Assembly (NCBI RefSeq): GCF_009914755.1
Contig: NC_060929.1
From: the human T2T-CHM13v2.0 reference genome, Homo sapiens
Length of the DNA stretch: 64,000 nt
Reading direction: 5' to 3' (one strand)
Numbering within the stretch: position 1 is the first letter of the stretch; each line of letters begins with the position of its first letter. The notes under the pieces are model-generated. The model saw nothing but the letters and a program-made list of their open reading frames with translations, was not told where the DNA came from and made no database searches. The position numbers and the translations under genes are program-made. Positions 1 to 9,925 of the stretch are shown in pieces.

Positions 1-1660
1 GCAGATGCTACAAAAAGACTTTCAAAACTGCTCTCTCAAAAGGAAGGTTCAACTGTGTGAGTTGAATGCACACATCACATAGCAGTTTTTGAGAACGCTT
101 CTTTCTAGTTTGTATGTGAAGAGATTCCATTTACAATGAATTCCTCAAAGAGCTCCAAATATCCACAAGCAGATTCTACAAAAGCAGTGTTTTGAAACTG
201 CTCTATCAATAGAAAGGTTCAACTCTGTTAATTGAACACACACATCCTAAGGAGTTTCTGAGAAACCTTCTGTCTAGTTTTTATTTGAAGATATTTCTTT
301 TTCCACCATACGCAACAAGGCGCTCCAAAGGAACTCTTGCGGATTCTACAAAAAGCGTGTTTCTACACTGCTCTATCAAAAGAAAGTTTCAAGTCTGTGA
401 GTTGAATTGCACACATCCCAGTGATCTTTCGGAAAATGCATGGGTCTACTTTTCATGAGAAGATACCCGTTTCCAACGACTTCTTCAAAGAGTTCCAAGT
501 ATCCACAAGCAGATTCTACAAAAGGAGTGCTTAAATGCTGGTCTATCTAAAGACAGATTCAACTCTGTTAGTTAAATGCACACATCTCAGTGAAGTTCCT
601 GAGAATGCTTCTTTCTAGTTTTTATGTGAATATGTCTCCTTTTCCACCATAGGCTTCAAAGCGCTCCAAATGAGAACTGGCAGATCCTCTTAAAAGACGG
701 CCTTTAAACCGCTCTATCAAAAGAATGGTTCCACTCCAAGAGGTGAATTCACATATCACGAAGAAGTTTCTGAGAATGCTTCTGTCCAATTTTTATGTGA
801 GGATATTCCCTTTTCCATCATAGGACTCAAGTCGCTCTAAATATCCAATTTCAGATACTACAAAAAGACTGTTTCAAAACCGCTCTCTCAAAGGGAAGGT
901 TCAAGTCCGTGAGTTGAATGCACACATCACAAAGCAGTTCCTGAGAATGCTTCTGTCTAATTTGTATCTCAAGTTATTTCCTTTTCCATCATAGGCCTCA
1001 AATCGCTCCAAATATCCACTTGCAAATACTACAAAAAGACTGTTTCGAAAGTTCTCTCTCAAAAGGAAGGTTCAACTCTGTGAGTTGAATGCACACATCA
1101 CAAGGCAGTTTCTGAAAATGCTTCCGTCTAGTTTTTTATTTGAAGGTATTTCCTTTTCCTTCTTCGGCCTCAAATCACTGCAAATATCCACTTGCAGACA
1201 CTACAAAAAGACTGTTTCAAAACCGCTCTCTCAAAAGGAAGGTTCGACTCTGTGAGTTGAATGCACACGTTACGAAGCAGTTTCTGAGAATGCTTCTGTC
1301 TAATTTTCAGGTGAAGATATCACTTTTTCCAACATACGTAAAAAAGTACGGGAAATGAACACTTGCAGATTCTACAAAAAGTATGTTTCAACACTGCTCT
1401 ATCAAAAGAAAGGTTCAACGATGTGAATTGAACACACACATCACAAAGGAGTTTCAGAGAATGCTTCTGTCTAGTGTTTAAGTGACGATATTACCTTTTC
1501 CCACATAGGCAACAAAGCGCTCCAAATGAATACTTGGGGGTTCTACAAAAAGTGTGTTTCAACACTGCTCTATCAAAAGAAAGTTTCAAGTCTGTGAGTT
1601 GAATGCACACATCACAACGAACTTTCTGAGAATGCTTGGGTCTACTTTTTATGTGAAGAT

Positions 1661-1677
1661 ACCCGTTTCCAACGAAT
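1661..1677 (-). promoter_or_regulatory. CENP-B box with intact 9-nt core
   Basis: Plus strand ACCCGTTTCCAACGAAT = minus strand ATTCGTTGGAAACGGGT, matching NTTCGNNNNANNCGGGN at all core positions. Confidence 0.85.
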
Positions 1678-2176
1678 AACTCAAAGAGTTCCAAATATAC
1701 ACAGTCAGATACTGCAAAAGGAGTGTTTCATTCCTGCTCTGTCAAAAGACAGTTTCAACTATGTTAGTTGAATGCACACATCTCAATGAAGTTCCTGAGG
1801 AGGCTTCTGCCTAGTTTTTTGTGAAGATATTCCCTTTTCCACCATGGGCTTCACAGCGCTCCAAATGAAAAATTCCGGGTCCTACCAAAAGACTGATTCA
1901 AAACTGCTCTCTCAAAAGGAAGGTTCAACTGTGTGAGTTGAATGCACACATCACAAAGCAGTTCCTGAGAATGCTTCTGTCTAGTTTGTATGTGAAGATA
2001 TTTCCTTTTCCACCATAGGCCTCCAATCGCTCCAAATATCCACTTGCAGATACTACAAAAATACCGTTTCAACACTGCTCTCTCCAATGGAAGGTTCAAC
2101 TCTGTGAGTTGAATGCACACATCACAAAGCAGTTTCTGAGAATGCTTCTGTCTAGTCTAGTTAGAATGTGAAGATA

Positions 2177-2193
2177 TCCCGTTTACAACGAAT
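2177..2193 (-). promoter_or_regulatory. CENP-B box with intact 9-nt core
   Basis: Plus strand TCCCGTTTACAACGAAT = minus strand ATTCGTTGTAAACGGGA, matching NTTCGNNNNANNCGGGN. Confidence 0.8.
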
Positions 2194-4950
2194 TCCTCCG
2201 AGAGCTCTAAATATCTGGAAGCAGATTCTACAAAAGCAGTGCTTCAAACCTGCTCTATCAAAGGAAAGGTTCAGCTCGGGGAATTGAACACAAGCATCAC
2301 AAAGGAGTTTCTGAGAATGCTTCTGTCTAGTGTTTCTATGAAGATAATTCTTTTTCTACCATAGGCAACAATACGCTGCAAATGAACACTTGCAGATTTC
2401 ACAAAAACTGTGTTTTAACACTGCTCTATCAAAACAAAGGTCCAAGTCTGTGAGTTGACTGCACACATCACAAAGCAGTTTCTGAGAATGATTCTGTCTA
2501 GCTTTTTATGTAACGATATTTTCTTCCCACCATAGGCAACAAAGCACACGGAATGAAATCTTGCGGATTCTACAAAAAGTGTGTTTCAACATTGCTCTAT
2601 CCAAAGAAAGGTTCGAGTCCGTGAGTTGAACGCACACAACAGAAAGCAGTTTCTGAGGATGCTTCTGTCTGGTTTGTATGTGAAGTCATTTCCTTTTCCA
2701 TCTAAATCGCCTCAAATCGCTAAAAGATCCACTTGCAGATACTACAAAAAGACTTTCAAAACTGCTCTCTCAAAAGGAAGGTTCAACTGTGTGAGTTGAA
2801 TGCACACATCACAAAGCAGTTTTTGAGAACGCTTCTGTCTAGTTTGTATGTGAAGAGATTCCATTTACAACGAATTCCTCAAAGAGCTCCAAATATCCAC
2901 AAGCAGATTCTACAAAAGCAGTGTTTTCAAACTGCTCTATCAATAGAAAGGTTCAACTCTGTTAATTGAACACACACATTCAAAGGAGTTTCTGAGAAAC
3001 CTTCTGTCTAGTTTTTATTTGAAGATATTTCTTTTTCCACCATAGGCAACAAAGCGCTCCAAAGGAACTCTTGCAGATTCTACAAAAAGCGTGTTTCTAC
3101 ACTGTTCTATCAAAAGAAAGTTTCAAGTCTGTGAGTTGAATGCACACATCCCAGTGAACTTTCGGAGAGTGCTTGGGTCTACTATTCATGTGAAGATACC
3201 CGTTTCCAACGACTTCTTCAAAGAGTTCCAAGTATCCACAAGCAGATTCTACAAAAGGAGTGCTTAAATGCTGGTCTATCTAAAGACAGATTCAACTCTG
3301 TTAGTTAAATGCACACATCTCAGTGAAGTTCCTGAGAATGCTTCTTTCTAGTTTTTATGTGAATATATCTCCTTTTCCACCATAGGCTTCAAAGCGCTCC
3401 AAATGAGAACTGGCAGATCCTCATAAAAGACTGCCTCAACACCGCTGTATCAAAAGAATGTTTCCACTCCAAGAGGTGAATTCACATATCACGAAGAAGT
3501 TTCTTAGAATGCTTCTGTCCAATTTGTATGTGAAGATATTCCCTTTTCCATCATAGTCCTCAAGTCGCTCTAAATATCCAATTTCAGATACTACAAAAAG
3601 ACTCTTTCAAAACTGCTCTCTCAAAAAGAAGGTTCAAGTCCGTGAGTTGAATGCACACATCACAAAGCAGTTCCTGAGAATGCTTCTGTCCAGTTTGTAT
3701 CTGAAGGTATTTCCTTTTCCTTCTTCGGCCTCAAATCACTGGAAATATCCACTTGCAGATACTACAAAAAGACTGTTTCAAAACCGCTCTCTCAAAAGGA
3801 ATGTTCAACTCTGTGAGTTGAATGCACACATTACAAAGCAGTTTCTGGAATGCTAATGTCGATTTTTCAGGTGAAGATATCACTTTTTCCAACATACGCA
3901 AAAATGTACTCGAAATGAACACTTGCAGATTCTACAAAAAGTATGTTTCAACACTGCTCTATCAAAAGAAAGGTTCAAAGATGTGAATTGAACACACACA
4001 TCACAAAGGAGTTTCAGAGAATGCTTCTGTCTATTTTTTATGTGAAGTTGTTACCTTTTCCCACATAGGCAACAAAGCGCTCCAAATGAATACTTGTGGA
4101 TTTTACAAAAAGTGTGTTTCAACACTGCTCTATCAAAAGAAAGTTTCAAGTCTGTGAGTTGAATCCACACATCACAAAGAACTTTCTGAGAATGCTTGGG
4201 TCTACTTTTTATGTGAAGATACCCATTTCCAACGAATAACTCAAAGAGTTCCAAATATACACAATCAGATACTACAAAAGGAGTGTTTCATTCCTGCTCT
4301 GTCAAAAGACAGTTTCAACTCTGTTAGTTGAATGCACACATCTCAGTTGAGTTCCTGAGAAGGCTTCTGCCTAGTTTTTTGTTAAGATATTCCCTTTTCC
4401 ACCATAGGCTTCACAGCGCTCCAAATGAAAACTTGCAGGTCCTACAAAAAGACTGATTCAAAACTGCTCTATCAAAAGAACGGTTCCACTCTGTTAGGTG
4501 AATGCACACATCACAAGAAGTTTCTGAGAATGCTTCTGTTTAGTTTGTATGTGAAGATATTTCCTTTTCCATCATAGTACTCATATCGCTACAAATATCC
4601 ACTTGCAGATATTACAAAAAGACTGTTTCAAAACTGCTCTCTCAAAAGGAAGGTTCAACTCTGTGAGTTGAGTGCACACATCACAATGCAGTTTCTGAGA
4701 ATACTTCTGTCTAGTTTGTACGTGAAGGTATTTCCTTTTCCATCTTAGGCCCCAAATCACTACAAATATCCACTTGCAGATACTACAAAAAGTCTGTTTC
4801 AAAACCTCTCTCTCAAAAGGAATGTTCAAATCTGTGAGTTGAATGCACACATCACAAAGCAGTTCCTGAGAGTGCTTCTGTCTAGTTTGTATGTGAAGAT
4901 ATTTCCTTTTCCATCATAGGCCTCAAATCGCTCCAAATATCCACTTGCCC

Positions 4951-7900
4951 ATACTACAAATGAGTGTTTCAAAACTGCTCAATCAAACGAAAGGAACCAC
5001 TATGTGAGATGAATACACACATCACAATGTAGTTCCTGAGAATGTTTCTGTCTACTTTGTATGTGAAGTTATTTCCTTTTCCTCCATGGGTTTCAAAGCG
5101 CTTCAAATTTCCATTTGCAGACACTACAAAAAGGTTATTTCCAAATTGCTCAATGAAAGGTAAGGTTCAAATATTTGAGATGAATGCACACATCACAAGG
5201 AATTTTCTCAGAATGCTTCTGGCTTGTTTTTATGTGAAGATTGTTCCTTTTCCACCATAGGCCTCAATGAGCTCCAAAGAGCCATTTGTGGATAATACAA
5301 AAAGAATATCTCTGAACTGCTCCATCAAAGGAAATGTTCAACTGTGTGAGATGACTGCACTCATAAGAAAGAAGTTCCTCAGAATGCTTCTGTGTAGTTT
5401 TTATGTGAAGATATTTCCTTTTCCACTATAGGCCTCAAAGCGCTCCAAATATCCATTTGCAGATACTGCAAAAGACTCTGTCCAAACTGCTCAATCAAAA
5501 GAATGGTTCAACTCTGAGAGATGAATGCTCATATCACCAAGAATTTTTCAGAATGCTTCTGTCTAATTTTTGTGTGAAGATATTTTCTTTTGCACCATAG
5601 GACTCAAAGCACTCCAAATATACGTTTGCAGATACTGCAGAAAGACTGTTTCAAAACTGCGCAATCAAAAGTAATGTTCAACACTGTGAGATTATTGCAC
5701 ACATCACTAAGTAGTTTCTGAAAATGCTTCTGTCTTGTTTTTATGTGAAGATATTTCCTTTTCCACAATAAGCCTCAAAGTCCTCCATATATCCACTGCA
5801 GATTCTACAAAAAGAGTGTTTCCAAACTGCTCAATCAAAAGAAAGATTCAACCCCGTGAGATGAATGCACACATCACAACGTAGTTTTTCAGAATACTTC
5901 TGTCTAGTTTTATGTAAAGATATTTCCTTTTCCACCGTATGCCCAAAGGGCTCCAAATATTCACTTGCAGATACTACAAAAAGACTGTTACCAAACTGCT
6001 TAGTAAAAAGAAATATTCAACTCTGTGTGATAAAGGCACACATCACAAAGAAGTATCTCAGAATACTTCTGTCTAGTTTTTATGTGAAGATATTTCCTTC
6101 TCCTCCATAGGCCTCAAAGTGCTCCAAATAACCATTTGCAGATAGTACAAAAAGACTCTTTCCAAACTGCTCAATCAAAAGAAAGGTTCCACTCTTTGAG
6201 ATGAATGCACACATCAAAAAGCAGTTTCTCAGAGTGCTACTGTCTAGTTTTTATGGGAATATAGTTTCTTTTCCACCATAGACCTCAAACACTCCAAATA
6301 TCCACTTGCAGGTTCTACAAAAAGCGTGTTTCCAAACTGCTCAATCAAAAGAAAAGTTCAACTTTGTGAGATGAATTCACAAATTCAGAAAGAAGTTTCT
6401 CAGAATGTTTCTGTTTAGTTTTTATGTGTTCGTAATTCCTTTTTCACCATAGGCCACAATGTGCTCCAAATATCCATTTGCACAAACTTCAAAAAGACTG
6501 TTTCCAAACTTCTCAATCAAAAGAAAGGTTCACCTCTGTGAGATGAAGGCACACATCACAAAGAAGTTTCTCAGAAAACTTCTGTCTCGCTTTTCTGTGA
6601 AGTTATTTCTTTTTCCACCCTAGGCCTCAAAGTGCTGCAAATATCCACATGCAGATTCTACAAAACCTGTGTTTCAAAACTGCTGAATCAAAAGAAATTT
6701 TCAACTCTGAGATGAAAGCAGACAACACAAAGTGTTTCTCAGAAAGTTTCTGTCTCTTTTTTCTGTGAAGATATTTCTTATTTCCCAGAGGCATCAAAGG
6801 GCTCACAAATATCCCTTTCCAGATTCTGCAAAACGACTGTTTCCAAACTGCTCAATCAAAAGAAATGTTCAACTCTGTGAGATAAATGCACACATAACAA
6901 AGAAGTTTCTCAGAATGCTTCTGTCAAGTTTGTATGAGAAAATATATCTCTTTTCACCACAGAACTCAATGCGCTCATAATATCCATTTGCACATACTAC
7001 AAAAAGATTGTTTCTAACATGCTCAATGAAAACAAAGGGTCAACACCCTGAGATGAATGCACACATCACAAAGAAGTTTCTGAGAATGCTTCTGTCTAGT
7101 TTTTATGTGAAGATATTTCCTTTTCCACCATAGGCCTCAAAGCACTCCAAATATCCACTTGCAGATTCTTAAAAAAGAGTGTTTCCAAACTATTCAATCA
7201 AAAGAAAGATTCAACTCTGTGAGATGACTGCACACATCACAAAGAAGTTTCTCAGAATGTTTCTCTCTAGTTTTTATGTGAAGATATTTCCTTTTCCACC
7301 ATAGTCCTCAAATCGCTCAAAATATCAACTTGCAGATTCTAAAAAGGAGTGTCTCAAAACTGCTCAATCAAAAGAAAAATTCAACTCTGTGAGATGAATG
7401 CACACATCACAAAGAAGTTTCTCAGAATGCTTCTGTCCAGTTTTTATGTGAAGATGTTTCCTTTTTCACTATAGGCCTCAAATCGCTCCAAATATCCATT
7501 TGCGGATTCTACAAAAAGAGTGTTTCCAAACTGTTCATTCAAAAGAAGCGTTCAACTCTGTGAGATGAAAACATACATCACAAAGAAGATTCTCAGAAAG
7601 CTCCTGTTTAGTTTTTATGTGAAGATATTTCCCTTTTCCCGATAGGCCTTAAAGTGCTCCATATATCCATTTGCAGATTCTACAAAAAGACTGTTTCCAA
7701 ACTGCTCAATCAAAAGAAAGGTTCAACTCTGTGAGACGAAAGCATACATTACAAAGAAGTTTCTCAGAAAGTTTCTGTCTCAATTTTATGTGAAGATATT
7801 ATGTATTTCACCATAGACCATAAAGGGATCAAAAATATCCCTGTGCAGATTCTAAGAAAAGACTGTTTCCAAACTGCTCAATCAAAACAAAGTTTCAACT

Positions 7901-8208
7901 CTGTGAAATGAAATGATACATCACAAAGAAGTTTCTAAGAAAGCTTCTGTCTAGTTTTTATGTGAAGATATTTCCTATTTCACCTCAGGATATAAAGGGC
8001 TCACAAATATCCCCGTGGAGATTCTACAAAAAGACTATTTCCAAACTGCTCAATCAAAAAAAGGTAACTTTGTGAGATGAATGCACACATCACAAAGAAG
8101 TTTCTCAGAAGGCGTCTGTCTAGTTTTTATGTGAAGATAATTCCTTTTCCACCATAGGCCTCAAAGCACTCCAAATATCTATCTGCAGATTCCACAAAAA
8201 GACTGTTT
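4951..8208 (-). repeat. Monomeric (non-HOR) A-type alpha satellite
   Basis: About 171-bp monomers with a pJ-alpha-type ttccttttccaccatag box and 'gagatgaatgc'/'ttctcagaat' variants. No CENP-B boxes and no near-identical multimer. Confidence 0.9.
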
Positions 8209-8656
8209 ACAGTGGGGTGTTAAAGTCTCCCATTATTATTGTTTGGGAGTCTAAGTCTCTTTGTAGGTCTCTAAGGACTTGCTTTATGAATCTGCATGCT
8301 TCTGTATTGGGTGCATATATATTTAAGATAGTTAGATCTTCTTGTTGCTTTGATCCCTTTACCATTATGTAATGGCTTTCTTTGTCTAGTTTGATCTTTG
8401 TTGATTTAAAGTCTGTTTTATCAGAGACTAGGTTTGCAACCCCCGCCTTTTTTGTTTTCCATTTGTTGGTAGATCTTCCTCCATCCCTTTATTTTGAGCC
8501 TATGTGTGTCTCTGCACCTGAGATGGGTTTCCTGAATACAGCACACTGATGGGTCTTGACTATTTATCCAATTTGCCAGTCTGTGTCTTTTAATTGGAGC
8601 ATTATCCCATTTACATTTAAAGTTAATATTGTTATGTGTGAATTTGATCCTGTCAT
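8209..8656 (-). pseudogene. L1 ORF2p endonuclease-domain N-terminal fragment, frameshifted and truncated
   Basis: ATG ACA GGA TCA AAT TCA CAC at 8656 (minus). It runs to …GGAGACTTTAACACCCCACTGT (GDFNTPL motif) at the satellite junction. No long ORF appears in the track. Confidence 0.88.
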
Positions 8657-8717
8657 TATGATGTTAGCTGTTATTTTGCTCGTTAGTTGATGCAGTTTCT
8701 CCCTAGCCTCGATGGCC

Positions 8718-9731
8718 TTACAATTTGGCATGTTTTTGTAGTGGCTGGTACCAGTTTTTCCTTTCCATGTTTAGTGCTTCTTTCAGGAGCTGTTTTAAGG
8801 CATGCCTGGTTTTGACAAAATCTCTCAACATTTGCTTGTCTGTAAAGTATTTTATTTTTCTTTCACTTTTGAAGCTTAGTTTGGCTGGATATGAAATTCT
8901 GGGTTGAAAATTCTTTTCTTTAAGTATGTTGAATATTGGTCCCCACTCTCTTCTGGCTTGTAGAGTTTCTGCTGAGAGATCTGCTGTTAGTCTGATGGGC
9001 TTCCCTTTGTGGGTAACCCGAGCTTTCTCTCTGGCTGCCCTTAACATTTTTTCCTTCATTTCAACTTTAGTGAATCTGACAATTATGTGTCTTGGAGTTG
9101 CTCTTCTTGAGGAGTCTCTTTGGGGCGTTCTCTGTATTTCCTGAATTTGAATGTTGGCCTGCCTTGCTAGATTGGGGAAGTTCTCCTGGAAAATAGCCTG
9201 CAGAGTGTTTTCCAACTTGGTTCCATTCTCCCTGTCACTTTCAGATACACCAATCAGACGTAGATTTGGTCTTTTCACATAGTCGCATATCTCCTGGAGG
9301 CTTTGTTCATTTCTTTTTTTTCTTTTTTCTCTAAACTTCTTTTCTTGCTTCATTTCATTCATTTCATCTTCCATCACTGATACCCTTTCTTCCACTTGAT
9401 CACAATGGCTACTGAGGCTTCTGCATTTGTCATGTAGCTCCCATGCCTTGGTTTTCAGCTCCATCAGGTCCTTTAAGGACTTCTCTGCATTGTTTATTCT
9501 AGTTATCCATTCGTCTAATTTTTTTACAAAGCTTTTAACTTCTTTGTCATTGGTTCGAATTTCCTGCTGTAGCTCAGAGTAGTTTGATCATCTGAAGCCT
9601 TTTTCTCTCAACTCGTCAAAATCATTCTCCATCCAGCTTTGTTCCATTGCTGGTGAGGAGCTTCATTCCTTTAGAGGACAAGAGACACTCTGATTTTTAG
9701 TTTCCAGTTTTTCTGCTCACTTTTTTCCCAT
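8718..9731 (-). pseudogene. L1 ORF1p (coiled-coil/RRM/CTD RNA-binding protein), disrupted near the N-terminus
   Basis: ATG at 9731 (accacaaagATGggaaaaa) and stop at 8718. Only 9464-8718 (248 aa) is open in the ORF track; small indels upstream break the frame. Confidence 0.9.
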
Positions 9732-9925
9732 CTTTGTGGTTTTGTCTACCTTTGGTCTCTCATGATGGTGATGTACATATGGGATTTTGCTGTGCATGTC
9801 CTTGTTGTTTGTTAGTTTTCCTTCTAACAGACAGGACCCTCAGCTGCAGGACTGTTGGAATTTACTAGAGGTCCACTGCAGACCCTGTTTGCCTGGGTAT
9901 CAGCAGCAGATTTGCCTGGGTATCA

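Larger units (their letters stand above)
1..4950 (-). repeat. Alpha-satellite higher-order repeat, edge of a diverged array (16-monomer period, SF5/R1R2-like mix of A and B monomers)
   Basis: The sequence starting at 1 (gcagat..caaaaagactttcaaaactgctctctcaaaagg) recurs at 2735, a period of 2734 bp = 16 x ~171. The two copies differ by a few percent, whereas adjacent monomers differ far more. B-type (CENP-B-box-like) monomers lie at 125, 465, 1661, 2177, 2859, 3198 and 4221, with irregular 2/7/3/4-monomer spacing. 'gagttgaatgc' and 'ttctgagaat' variants dominate. The SF5 assignment is inferred from the irregular A/B alternation. Confidence 0.9.
8209..9925 (-). mobile_element. Internal L1PA fragment (distal 5'UTR + ORF1 + start of ORF2); L1PA3/L1PA4-like or slightly older
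   Basis: The minus strand gives L1 ORF1p (…VKRPNLRLIGV…ENFPNLARQANIQIQEIQRTP…PRISYPAKLSF…), the inter-ORF spacer and the ORF2 start MTGSNSHITILTLNVNG. The 5'UTR retains '…tagaggtccact.cagaccctgtttgcctgggtatcagcagc', part of the 129-bp segment missing from L1PA2/L1HS. No poly(A), no true 5' end, no TSD. Confidence 0.93.

Noticed and set aside
1-4950. Naming the HOR (e.g. D7Z2), the chromosome or the species
   Set aside because: A 16-mer SF5-like period fits several arrays, and the copies here are variants. It cannot be assigned without a database search.
8202-8213. Palindrome actgt-tt-acagt at the left L1 junction
   Set aside because: Each arm is already explained by its parent sequence (satellite gactgttt; L1 acagtgggg) and the stem is only 5 bp.
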